The notes under the pieces were generated by a model. The model was not told where the DNA came from. It did not search any database and saw nothing but the letters and a program-made list of their open reading frames with translations. DNA of 62,314 nucleotides, filler included, from Collodictyon triciliatum (lineage: Eukaryota): NCBI GenBank assembly GCA_043381765.1. It is 7 parts of 7 records of this genome, joined end to end, with 100 filler letters (N's around TTAATTAATTAA, not from the genome) between each part and the next. Parts side by side here need not be neighbours in the genome. Positions count along the whole stretch, not along the records: positions 1 to 9,575 come from JBHJMP010002959.1; positions 9,676 to 19,244 come from JBHJMP010002960.1; 5 more parts are not named here. One strand, written 5' to 3'. Positions 1 through 12,217 of this stretch are shown here, piece after piece. The number at the start of each line of letters is the position of its first letter. The first letter of the stretch is position 1. The position numbers and the translations under genes are program-made.

Positions 1-123
1 TTATTTTTATTTTTATTTTTATTTTTATTTTTATTTTTATTTTTATTTTTATTTTTATTTTTATTTTTATTTTTATTTTTATTTTTATTTTTATTTTTAT
101 TTTTTGTGTGCACTTCTGGGCAG

Positions 124-2664
124 ATCTTCGAGAAGCGTGGGGTCCCTGTGGTTGTGCAGGACGTTGAGTTTGATGGACTGACCCGCACGCAGCCCGACTT
201 TCTGAGGCATTTGTTTCGAGCCACAATCGACTCAAAGACTGTTCTGGAGCTCTACGAGAATGCACGACGAGACATGGAGGTTTGGATTGTCTGCACTCGC
301 GGCTTAACGTGTCCCAAACGCGCTTGATGAGGGGCACACTCTACCTGCGGGCAAAACGAAACACCAATAATATACAACGCCAAAGCTTGTCATCTTGAAC
401 AAACCTTTTTATTTGTTTTTTTTTAATAAGAAGAATAATTACAGAAAAATTGGAAGATAAATCAAAACCACTGGAATAATTGAATATTAATGTTCTCGAA
501 AACAGCCTTTTTATTTCTTTTTGGCAACTTTTTGGTCATTGAAATAACACATGAGAATTTATGTATTTATGCCACAACAGAAATTGGAGGATTTGGACAT
601 ATTCCATAATACACACTTGACTTTTGCTGAGGGAACAGGCGCTGGCTCTGCTCGTATTCGGATTGCTGTTGCTGAGAAACGTATGGAGTCTGTCTCCATC
701 AGCCGTGAAAATAAGGCGGATACCTCTCGCCTTGTGAGTTTCAATAATGATATTGATAATACTACTAATATGAATAAATAAATAAATAAAAAGGCCTTTT
801 ATCTGTGTAAACTGTCCTACATGAATTTAAAGTTCTCGACATGAATCTTACTTCACCACCGATGGGTGTTTTGTATTCTATCTAATTTATTTTTCTAAAA
901 TGCATCCATGCTTTTCAATTTATCAGTGTCTGCAAGGAGAATTGTCCAACTTTACGGGACATGCTGATGATTTAACTTTGAAACTCAGTTGGTTTTCCAG
1001 AGCCCACAATTACATATCGGTCAGTTCTATCGCCAGAAACGCATTTTATATGCATTTTTCTTCAATTATTTGACTAGTCCTTTTTTTATCTCATATTTTA
1101 TTTCATAATTTCTGCTTCAAGGATATACATCAAGCAACATTTCATTACAGGGTTTTTATCGTAAACCGCTTCTGCTGTCTCATGGAATTATTGATGCAGA
1201 ATTTGAGGTATTATTTTAGAAAAATAGATATGATAATTCTAAACTTCGAAGCTTTTCGATTACAATAAATATTTGGTTTGAATGACCCGATGGATTTTGC
1301 TCACAGATCTTCCGAGATTTGCAAGACCGAATCAAACAGCAGGCGTTTGTGGAGGAAAATATCGGGACTATCATTCGCTTTAAGGCACAGGGCTTTGGAG
1401 GAAGACATACTGTCTCTTATGAAGCTAACTATCGTGAGATTCCCCACATACCTAGCTCCAAGTCTATCAAGTAAAATTTTAAGTCTTACCTATTCTCCTC
1501 ATTTCTATCCCTTCTTCTCTACATATATATTTTTTTATAAAGGACATCTTTTGATTAACATTTTTTTTTATTATTATTTTACGTTTGCGCAAACTCAAGT
1601 CTTTGCATACTTATTCTCACAGAGTTCGGGAGCATTGTGGATCATTCTTAAAGTCTTCCATTCGGCAGATATTTTTGTCCTCGTCTGTTGATTCGTCCAT
1701 TTTCCCAAAAACCGGCTCCATCATCCAGATTCATAATGTAAGATGTTAAACAAAAAGAAACTAGTGTGGTTTTCTGCTTTTCTTGCCCATGACCTCATTT
1801 ATGACGAGATTAAATCGTCACAACACGATTCAAGTACCATACTACCCTAGGAACTCGCTGGTATTGGAGGGAACGTCAGCTACGTAAAGCACGAGATTGA
1901 GGGATGTCGCTACTTTCAAGTTCGAGGGAGATTGGTGACTTTCACTCTCATACAAAATTAAAAATCCACTCATCTAGTTAATGGCATTCAAATTATAGGT
2001 TCTTGGTCTCCGTGCGCATGGCGGTGTGATGTACTCGCTTCAGGGAAACCCCCTGCCTCTAAGCGACCGATTCTACCTTGGTGGACACTCAGACCTCAAA
2101 GGCTTTTCCAAAAAAACAGTGGGCGAGCGCGATACACGTATGCATATGGATTCACAAACCTCCGTGGCATATATGCAATGATATAATATCTAGACATCTC
2201 TTTATTAATTCACGATGCGCTTTGCTTTGTGCTTCGTTTGTGGGGCGTAGGAGGATATGCACTGGGCGGTTCTGTTTCAGGCCACGTATCAGCGAAGCTC
2301 TATATTCCCGTCTCTGACGAAGATTCTCTTGGCAACCTCACCCGTGCTTTTGCATTTATCGGAGCTGGAAACAATCTTTTCCGAGAGAATGGTAGGGAAC
2401 CACAACATAGAAAACGTGAAACAATAGCAATAATAAATACAGTGATTGCTCGCTGTATAGATGCATACTCTAATATATTTTTCATCAACAGATTCTCGAC
2501 CGCAAGACACGGCAACCCGATTCGCCCGTGGCCTCCGTGTGTCTGCCGGCCTTGGTATTGCTTTCCAGACGCCACTTGGCTGTGTCGAAGCAAGCTATGC
2601 TATTCCCCTGCGAGCTCTCCGAGGCGATGGTCTTCATCCCTTCCAGATTGGTTTCAGTCTTTAA
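124..2664 (+). CDS. SAM50: SAM50/Omp85-family mitochondrial outer-membrane beta-barrel assembly protein (about 10 exons, 5' part missing)
   Basis: GT-AG exons splice in frame: POTRA-like start (VQDVEFDGLTRTQPDFL), VREHCGSFLKSSI, ELAGIGGNVSYVKHE, DRFYLGGHSDLKGF, ALGG, RVSAGLGIAFQTPLGCVEASYAIPL, C-terminal FQIGFSL stop at 2664. Confidence 0.9.
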
Positions 2665-3207
2665 ATAAATTTACATGCCGTTGCATCGCTTTCAACAAAA
2701 TCTCCTACGTCTTTTGGCATTTGTGAAAGTTATTGATACAACTCCCTGTGCAGATGAGAAACATGCAATATTCGCTATCCGTATGTCTTAATTCATCAAA
2801 GCATAGCCTTTGTTTCATTTAGTCCCGTCATCAGCTAACGACTGAAAATGCGACAGGTAGAATCATCATTTTACAGAATCATAACTCTTTTTTTTATTTA
2901 TTTTATAAGATATATGCATTCATTTTCAAATATTAGACAAATAAAAATTGGAAGTGGCTATCATCGGTTTATAATATATAACAAACTATATGCGAATCGT
3001 GCGTTATTTGTTGGAAATTATGCAAAGCTCGTTGTGGTAAAGGCGAGAGTCTGAAAGTGATTTCTGCGGCAAGGGATGAAAGAGAATGGAAAATTTCAGA
3101 TTAATAGAAAAAGACAGAAAGGAAGCATGAAATTAAAAAAAAACTAAGGGATATGTGGATACGCCACAATATTGAAAGATGGAATAGCAGCAAACATTGA
3201 GCGTTCA

Positions 3208-5390
3208 TTACCAAACCCCTTTGTGAGATAGATGGTTTGGATTACTGTTGGAGGCTGGATTTCGTGCGCTTGTGATTAGCAGAGGGGTTGTAGTTTGACA
3301 GTCTGTCGGAGGAGACCAAATCCCCGGGCCGTAAGAGGAGCCAGCTCCAAAGAACGAACCCCAATACCAGTCTGTTGCGGGAGGTTCTAAGCTGTCATCT
3401 GCCGAAGCCAAGGACTGGGATGCAAACATGGACTGCATCTGCTGAAGCGTTTCTTCGTGGCTCGGCCGTCTTGGCACGTGCATCCCATGGGTTGGCCTTG
3501 ATAATTGGAATCCAAGTCCAAAGTCCTCCCTGTCTGAGTACGACCCGAGAGAGCTCTCTGTGTAAACCTCCAAGGCAGACGCGGCGTCCAAATCAAATGC
3601 GTTAACCGTGTAATCTGGCGAGGCTCCAGAGGTACAATATCTTTGTTGTGAAGCCGCTCGTAAATTGCTGCTCTTATATCCCGTCATTCCCGTTCCTTCG
3701 CCAACTGGAGTTAGATTGCTATCCAGCGGCAGCGGTGAGGTAGACACTTGGCCCAAAGACCTCCGGTTCGGTGGCGAAAGATAAGCACTGTTTGCGGCTG
3801 TCCAGGACGGCAAAGGAGGTGTCGGGCTATAGTACGGAGTAGGAGGCGAGCCGAAGGAGGTATGTGAGTGTGTGTGGTGAGAGTCAGCGGCATAGTGATA
3901 AAATGCGCCATGGGTGAGGGAATTGTATCGGGCATGTCCAGTGCTTGGAGACAAGGATAAAGTTTGCTCAAGAGCAGGGCTCACACACGAAGGTCGGTGC
4001 ATCGGGCTCTGCGTGGGCGATTGTATCGGCTGTAGTCCAGTGCTTGTCGTGTTGGATGGAAACGACGGCCGTCGGCCCGTCTTGGCAGGGTTGATTTTCT
4101 GGAAGCTCCACGGAGACTTCATGGGAAGCTCACGTAGAGACTTTGTTGCAGTATTGAGTACAGCGTTTGGAGAAGACGAATGGGGAAGGAGGTTTGCATC
4201 CGTACACGTCAAATTGAGAGGAGATTCTCCAAGAGATACCGAAGGTGAAATAGGGGGCGGGAATAAGCTTGGCAAGATAGACTTTTCATTGCGTGTGTAT
4301 GTGTCTGTTGGAGGCTTCCTAGACTGGATGATATGGTCAGTGTTGCTGGAAATGGAGTTTCCCGAGATGTGTGTGTCTTTTGTACTGACGTCCCTGCTTT
4401 GTTCAGAGTCGCCCGCCAGAATTAAATGTGAAAGTGGCTGTTGCTCTTCCGAAATGATTTCCGATAATGTGAAGACTTGGCGGGCCAAATCTTCTGCCGA
4501 AAGGTCATGAATGTAGTGGCAGCGGGTCCCATACGGGCACTTCTGTGAGCGCGAAAAAGAGCGGCAAGGTCTGGTCTTGTAACGCCCACTTCTCACAATC
4601 GGCTTCAGTTCGTCTATTCCTGTGGGTAAAGCAAGAAATGTTGGGTAAAGCACATAAATAGTGTGTGATTTTTTCTCGAATAATGATTAGGATAAGATCG
4701 ATAATAACGATGATAGGTATCATTGATGTATATCGAACTCTATTCTATATTAAGAGAAATATGGATAAAGTTAAGATATGCATCCTGATACTCGTCTGAA
4801 TTAAAAGGATAATACATTTTGCGAAATATTCAATATCATTCTTACCATGCGCAAACCAGCAGTCATTGGAAAACTGGCAGCTATGATGGACAAGATGTAA
4901 ACGACAAAGCTCTAATATAATAATAGTAAGTTGAAGATCATAATTTTTTTCCTTGAAAGAATTTATAATTTAATAGGGTATGTCTTCTAACATGTGAAAT
5001 ATAGGAAGTTGCAAAAAATGGATACTTTCATAATCAACCTTTATATTTAATTATAAAACGACATACAACCAACTAGGTCAATCACTGGGTTGTAAGCAGC
5101 TTAATGATGACATCATTATGATATAAAAATATAAAAGAATTGCCTGTATGCCTGCGTTGTGTTCCAGAAGTATCGCCATTCGGCATGGCCTGTGTCTCTG
5201 GAATTACACGGAATCCATAAAGTTGCTCTCCATCACGAACGCCTCCAGCTATGCGCTGCACAACCCAGACCAAACTCTTATCAGAAACGGATGCTCGACG
5301 AATATGCCCAATACTCTCTTGGATAAAAGCATTGGTAGCATCAACTGCTACATTTTGCGATGCATGCGGTGGGAGGAGCAAATCAGACAT
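3208..5390 (-). CDS. TIS11/ZFP36-like tandem CCCH zinc-finger RNA-binding protein with long Ser/Pro-rich tail
   Basis: Small exon CQFSNDCWFAH(G) at about 4845-4880 splices onto IDELKP...RYKTRPCRSFSRSQKCPYGTRCHYIH (complete CCCH finger) in the large 3208-4620 exon. Probable start ATG at 5390; the 5' exon structure is not fully resolved. Confidence 0.75.
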
Positions 5391-6184
5391 GTTGGTGCCG
5401 AGAATCGTTCCTTCAATCTGATTGGCACGGGAGTTAATATTTACAATAGAAAAACGAACAAAAACAAAAACAAAAACAAAAACAAAAACAAAAACAAAAA
5501 CAAAAACAAAAACAAAAACAAAAACAAAATGATTTTGTTGTGTCCATGTACTTATTTTCATTCATTTAATTTTCAAGCGAACGAATCCGATCAACTCAGT
5601 ACCAAGGCACCCAGAAAGGCCGATCAAGAAAGCATGCGAGCTGGAGGCATTGTATGGGGGAAGGGAAAAGCTTGAGCGACGCACATTGCGGTCGACCTTG
5701 GAAGCCCAGCGCAGAGGGAAGATAAGGAAGGAAGATAAGGAAGGAAGGAAGGAAGGAAGGAAGGGAGGATCAAGGAGGATCGATCAAAAACACACGACTC
5801 GCCTGTCAAAGACGCGTTTGGGAAACAAGTTTGACAAACAGGACAAAGCAAAACGCAGCCTGAAATCCATCCGTGTTAATTCGATTGCCCTTTCAAAACA
5901 CACAAACTGGAAAAATCGGGGAAACAAAAGGATAACAGCAGACTTTGTCTCCGCCGACGAAAGAATTTCCTATATGTGGATCAATCCTTTCCTGGAAAAT
6001 ATACCACCCGGAGATGCACCTGTCAAACCCCCAGAACCACTTGCTTTTCACTGCCTGCTATCCGTTCTCTTTATCCCTCCGTTTTTTTTCCTTGGTTTTC
6101 TTTATCTGGTCGGCTGTGTGGCCATCCAGAAGCCGCAACATGGTGGATGCAAGGAATGCTGGCGCTCTCGTTTTGTTTCCTCGC

Positions 6185-9100
6185 TTAGATGACTTCCATG
6201 ACCTTTAAATTGATTGTCAATCATTAATTAAACCAAAAGAAAAACCAGAAATTATTAGGATGTTTCTCCAGAGTAGCTTCTTTTTTTAAAAAAAAATAAA
6301 ATAAAGAAGCTATTTGCAAGTTTTAAAACAAGAACAATTGGTATAAAGAACAAACGCTGCCGGCGGGGTCAGCGCGATTTCCGCAGCAACTCTTGGAGAA
6401 AATGCTCCCAGTCAGACTATTCCACAGGGACGTCACGCGAGTTCGGAGAGTCCTGCGCTCGATTCTGTACCCCTTGTACATCAAGAACTGGAGGGTGGCT
6501 CGGACGGTGTTCAGGTCGTTCTCACGCTGATTCAACTCCATCATGTAGTACGGTTGCATGTACTCCGTCTCCTTGCGGGCATCGGCTCCTTCGCCTGTCC
6601 CATACTTCCATCCCTCCAATTGGCGGCCCTTTTATGAATTGTGGCGTCAAGCACACACAAAGTGCAGTTTAATGGTATTGATAGGTGTCATGGCGCATTT
6701 CATTCAGCATATGGATTTCTATTTTACAGAAAGAGGTAAGAAGAACTATACTCTGGCCCATTCATCGTGTGCGTTTTCGGCCAGAATATCGGCAAGCTCG
6801 ACCACATCTCCGGCGAGAACAATTCTTGATAAGTCGGGCATCGACAGTGGGTAATCAGATGGCAGATTGTCCTACGCCGCAACCAGACGGGCATCGTCAT
6901 ATAATAAAAATTGAAGATGGTAGAAAGAACGATATAAAAGACGACCGCATCAAAAAAAAATATGAATATGAATATGAATATGAATATATTATGTTTTGTT
7001 TGAGCAACCTTGTATTGGGGATAGATTGTTTTGCGAACATCCTTCATTTCAGGTCCTGATTTGATATCATACCCAAAATAGATAATCAGCTTGATTGTCT
7101 GTAAAGGATATATTTGGGTTATAAAATGAATAAAGGGGGAAAAATGGGTTATAAAAATAATTCATGGAAAATATCCTCGCTAAATATCAGAGTATTTCTA
7201 TGTATTTACAAGCATTTTGCCTTCTTCCAGATGTTCTTTACTTCAAAAAAATGGGTGTGTGATTTGAAACCTTCTGAGCCATCTTGCGGTCGTACTCTTT
7301 ATCTCCGTCTGTGAGCTGGTTGTATGGCACCATGTTATGATGAATCTTTTCTGCGTTATTTCGCACAGGCCCATACCTAGTATCGAAAGTGTGGCGGTTA
7401 TACCCTACACAGGAGGGGAATATGCAAATATGTGCCAAGATATATATAAAAAATGGTGTGCGGGGAAAATTAAGTAAAGAAAAGAAAAGTAAAAGTAAAA
7501 GTAAAAGTAAAAGTAAAAGTAAAAGTAAAAGTAAAAGTAAAAGTAAAAGTAAAAGTAAAAGTAAAAGTAAAAGTAAAAGTAAAAGTAAAGAAAACAAAAC
7601 AAAACACAAAAGATAAAAGACCAAAGACGGAAGACAAAAGAAAATAATGGGCCAAAGTAGACTAGCTGTTCTTGAAATAATATCATGGAAAGCTGCATTG
7701 GTTGCGACAAAAAGCAAAGTACTTCCATCCTTGCTGTAACTTTGTGACAGTCCACTGGTCATGAATATGCTCTCCCATTTCATCCGTGAGGTGTTTGAAT
7801 CTTTCCAGACTAATCCCAGACGTGTTGATAGTTCGTGGTTTGTAGCGTTGGATAGCGAGTTCCTACGCGATATATAAAAGAACGGCATTTGTTCTCAAAA
7901 TGTGCTCATAATCTGACTACAAAAAGGGAGTATATGTTGGATGTAGCAAATGTATATTTAGGGATTGTTCCCTTGCTATTTGATGGATACCTTATTCATC
8001 GGAGCGAAGCATGACTGCGGGAACATTTTAAAGATACGATACACTTCCAGGGCAAGGTCTGACATAGTCTTTTCACTTGACGCGACTGGGTCCGACATGG
8101 ACAAATCACTAAGAGATAGATATTAAAATAGGATAAGGGAATCAATCCTTGTTCATGAAATTGCCTACATGACGTGAGTTGATAATCTTAGTACACATAA
8201 CAGGTGTCAAGAGTTAGTCGAGTGACTTTTTTTCGTTTATTCGATTCAAAGTAGTCGAGTGACTTTTTCAAAGATACATACATTTTCAGTTCTCGCACAA
8301 ATTCATCAAAACGTAAGTGAAGATGACCAGATGACTTTTGCTTTTCATCCATGAATTCTTGCACGATGGTGTCCACAGAGAGATTTTCCAGAGACATCAA
8401 TCCCTCTTCAATTGTTTTATCCTTTAGAAAATCAATTAGTTGTCGGCATGGAGCATACTAAAAGCTTAAGCATGAGCAATTTATGTGACCAACAGAAAAG
8501 GAATGAGAAAAGGTACTGCAATATATTTTCTTAGTGAAAATGCATTGATATCCTTGCTGATTTCATTCATCGAGCGCCGGTTGAATTCCTCCTGGGCAAT
8601 CACTTTAAGTAGAATCCTCTCAATCTATCAAGTAGCTCGGTTAAATGTCGAATTCTATAACTAACTGTCTGCGCACCATGAAATAAATTCGTGAATCACT
8701 CACTTGGGAGTCAGTGACAAATTTAGGAACATGGGCCTTTAGGGTCATTCGTTCAATCCATAAAGAGTCCAGGATTTCTTTCGTGAATTGGATATGGCGG
8801 TGTGTGTCCATATGAAGGAAAAGGGACTGGTCAACATTGAAATCATCGAGAGACCGATAGACGATGAACGAGTTCTTCTCCATTACCTCACGCACTTTCT
8901 CAACATCTCCCCAAGTGTCAGGCAACTATTGATATGTATAAATAAGGAGTTGCTTTGTACAGCATAATTATTTACGTATAAAATCAACATTTAGATTCTG
9001 CTGTCGTGATTATAATACAGAATGGAATGGAATGAAATACAACGATAAGTTCATCTGCAATTATCAAAATTTGTAATACGATTGGCCTAGTAAAAACCTC

Positions 9101-9498
9101 TTCTTTCAAATTATTCAAATCGACTTTCGCAAGACTGAGGACATATGGATATGGAGATGAAGATGGTGAAAATTTCTCAATTCTCTCACTGAGAACACTT
9201 AAGAGTCCTTTTGAGTCCACTCCATTTGATTTAAACAAAAGAAACTACATGAGTCCAGATGAGATTAAGTCAAAAAATTATACTATAAAACTTTTGGGTG
9301 ACACTAGCTTGACATTGGAATTCACGGCATAAATATACCATTAATATTGTAATGTGAGAGCTGGTCCAATTTATTATAGTTGAAATTAAATATTAACATA
9401 TCACGAACCTTAACAGAAGGAATCTCTTCAATTGCTTTTTCGATTTTCTCCAAGTTGGATGATGCTTTATCAACGTAAATAATAAAGACGGGGTCGTT
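6185..9498 (-). CDS. Multi-exon protein (5' truncated) ending in two RyR-domain (PF02026-like) repeats
   Basis: Spliced exons give YGPVRNNAEKIHHNMVPYNQLTDGDKEYDRKMAQK/TIKLIIYFGYDI and DYPLSMPDLSRIVLAGDVVELADILAENAHDEWAR/GRQLEGWKYG...MQPYYMM...NDLNTVRATLQFLMYKGYRI, matching the RyR repeat consensus. Probable last exon VMEVI-stop at 6185-6202. Confidence 0.75.
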
Positions 9499-9575
9499 CT
9501 AGACAGGTTGCCAGGGCAATCTAGTTAGTAGCTGGGTAGTAGTAATATATGTTTGCGATATAAATCGTACAGTGT

Positions 9576-9675
9576 NNNNNNNNNNNNNNNNNNNNNNNNN
9601 NNNNNNNNNNNNNNNNNNNTTAATTAATTAANNNNNNNNNNNNNNNNNNNNNNNNNNNNNNNNNNNNNNNNNNNN
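9576..9675. other. Artificial scaffold linker (N44-TTAATTAATTAA-N44)
   Basis: 100-bp N spacer with a six-frame stop motif; the same linker recurs six times in the window. Confidence 0.98.
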
Positions 9676-9775
<100 letters not shown>

Positions 9776-10420
9776 GAGGGGAATAAAAAACGTATCGAGC
9801 TTTAGCCATCGACCCACGGGTAGCAAGATTATTATGAATATAGTGCTCAGTATTAGTTGCTCTGATTCATTCATCCACTTCTTTCTTTTCTTTTTTTCTT
9901 TTTCTTCTTTCTCTTTTTTTCTTTTTTTGTTTTTCTTTTTTTGTTTTTCTTTTTTCTTTCTCTTTTCTTTTTTCTTTCTCTTTTCTTTTTTATTCGGTCT
10001 CATTCAGCCTGTAAATGGATAAACTTTATTACATAGGTTGTGACGAACTCGGTTTTATCCCTTTCGAGGCACAACACTTTTTATACAACGAAAGTGTACC
10101 TATATGCATAGCAATTTATTGCACAGACAGCCATCGAATTAGATCTGGATTGACAAAAGCAGGAGCTTTGATGAATCCAAGAAGCAACCTGAATAATATA
10201 ATAGTATAATTCATATATAATAAGGTTAAAACTACTTATTAATCTCATTCTCTTCATGTAATCAATTTTTTTTTATTTTTCATTTATGCAATTTTTTTTA
10301 TTCTTCCTTTCAACTTTTGTGCAGGACCGTGGGATTTTTCATTTATGCAATATTATATTTAAAATTCCAAGATTACAAACAAGCCCTTCCCTTGGCCCAG
10401 TGAAAACCCACCCCATAAAC

Positions 10421-11720
10421 CTGCCACCAAAAATGGACTATAATCCATTTCCATCATATCATTCCCAGCGACACTGTAAGTGGTATCGAATATGACGTCA
10501 AAGTCAATCCAAATAAGTACACTCCATCTCTGATTTACATGAATCGCATTTATGAGGACATTGAAACCAAACTGTTTCAACCAATCTCTATAAGAACTGC
10601 CAATATACCATGTCATATTACTCTAGATACTGCATGTTTGATAGATTTATTGGTATCAACTAGAAAAAAATCATTAATGAAGAATATATCAGGATGCAAA
10701 GAGACCCTATGGGACGAGTTCTTTGAAATGAAGAAAAGAGTCCTTCATCAAAGAGACTACAATTTTAAATACATGATACAAACAGACGGCTTGGCGGTGT
10801 CATTATTGTATGAAAAGAAAGGTATTCCTAATTCAAAAATCCAATAAATTAAAAAAAACCAAAGATTATGTTTATATATATATACTTTCCGAAGAGCATT
10901 TATCTTTATTAGCGAAAAAAATAGCTAGAGTTAGATTGGACGCAGGCAAGTATAATTTGGTTTACACGGTGAGTGAGACAGGTAAGAAATTACGTTACAC
11001 GACACACCAAAGAAGACATGATAGAAAATCTCTTAAAAATCACAAAATACTCTTGCGCGAGAAAAAGAAAGAAAAGTACAATGTTTCAGCGATATACATG
11101 GCAACAGGTTTACAAAGTGTTGTTTCTTTTGGTCTCAGGACTTTTGAAGAGAATCAGCAGTTTGAGACATCAAGAGTGTCTTTAATTGATTTAGAGACGA
11201 AACTGAGTAAACATAATTCATGCACGGTCGATTATGAAAAATTCGAAAATATGTAACTATAAAATCAAGTTACCAGATCTAACTATTCAGATTTTATGAG
11301 CAAGTAACTTTTCGAAAGATGAGATGGAGACAGTATGATAATACAAAAAGAAGTGGACAATTATTTATGGGCCGAATCGAAAAGACATTTGGCAAGGATG
11401 TTGTACTGGCGTATGGAGACTGGAGCAGAAAATCTCCGATGAAACATTCTATGGCAACAATCGGAAGACTATTACGAAAAAAAAATACTATCCAAACGTT
11501 TTGAAATAGTTATTGAAGATGAATTTAGAACCTCCAAGATGTGCTGCAACTGCGAAAAAGAGCTGGAATATATGAAACCGAAAGGAAATTCAAAAACGTG
11601 TTTAGATATCTCATATGTAAAGAATGCAATCGCTCAGAAAGCAAACAAAGTATATTCATGGCAAGGGACTTTAACAGCGCTTATAATATACTCAACCAAG
11701 TTCTTTTAATCCTTCAAAAA
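10421..11720 (+). pseudogene. Fanzor1-like (TnpB-derived) RNA-guided endonuclease, 5'-truncated and frameshifted
   Basis: Joined frames read YDVKVNPNKY...KLFQPISIRTANIPCHITLDT...IQTDGLAVSLL...RLDAGKYNLVY (RuvC-I D at 10939)...RYTTHQRR...LETKLSKHNSCT...FRKMRW...FGKDVVLAYGDWS...EDEFRTSKMCCNC (rearranged RuvC-II E at 11521)...CKEC...RDFNSAYNIL (RuvC-III D at 11667). About four frameshifts and an in-frame TAA at 11280-11282. Confidence 0.88.
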
Positions 11721-11754
11721 ATACATTCACCTTATTCTAAAAAACAAGAAGTGT

Positions 11755-11863
11755 TGGGTCTTTCCTGGCAGCCTTCACCACTACACGACCCCTTTGTGAA
11801 AAAAGTGGTGAGACCTTGGATACTAGCGAACCAGGTTTGCCAATCGAAAGATTGGTATAACCC
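11755..11863 (+). ncRNA. Putative Fanzor omegaRNA scaffold (structured 3' region of the element)
   Basis: Nested stems: GGTC 11757-60/GACC 11812-15; TCACCACT 11775-82/AGTGGTGA 11804-11; CACGA/TTGTG 11784-98; hairpin GCCAATC-GAAA-GATTGGT 11839-56 extended by GGTT/AACC. It lies immediately 3' of RuvC-III, as expected for TnpB/Fanzor. Boundaries uncertain. Confidence 0.6.
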
Positions 11864-12217
11864 TTTTAGTATTCATATAAATAAGAAACTAATAATTCCA
11901 TTCCGTTTGGACAGGCGATTTGCAACGGGTGGCAAAATGCGTGACAGCTTTCCCAAGCGCAACACAGCCGAAAGCGATGCACAATTCTGACAAAAACAAA
12001 AAAAAACAAAAACCATAACAAAACCAAACAAAAAAGCCAAAAAGCCAAAAAACCAAAAACCCAATAAAAAGCCAAAAAACCAAAAACCCAATAAAAACAA
12101 AACAAAACAAAACAAAACAAAACAAAACAATAAACAAAAACAAAACAAAGCAAAAAAACAAAAAAACAAACAAACAAACAAACAAACAACAGCCCAGCGA
12201 GCATCCCCGAGCAAGAG

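Noticed and set aside
7238-7888. Poly-Leu/Ile, FVFV, KSKS and similar ORFs here and elsewhere
   Set aside because: Translations of intronic microsatellites.
9620-9631. Palindromic TTAATTAATTAA recurring about every 9.6 kb
   Set aside because: Always embedded in N runs; an artificial six-frame-stop linker, not a biological repeat or a piggyBac TTAA site.
10015-10209. ORF with GCDELGFIPF upstream of the Fanzor, reminiscent of a Tc1/IS630 DE.GF motif or an IstB Walker B (DELGYLPF)
   Set aside because: Only one short motif with no other transposase or ATPase signature; it could equally be the tail exon of a host gene.
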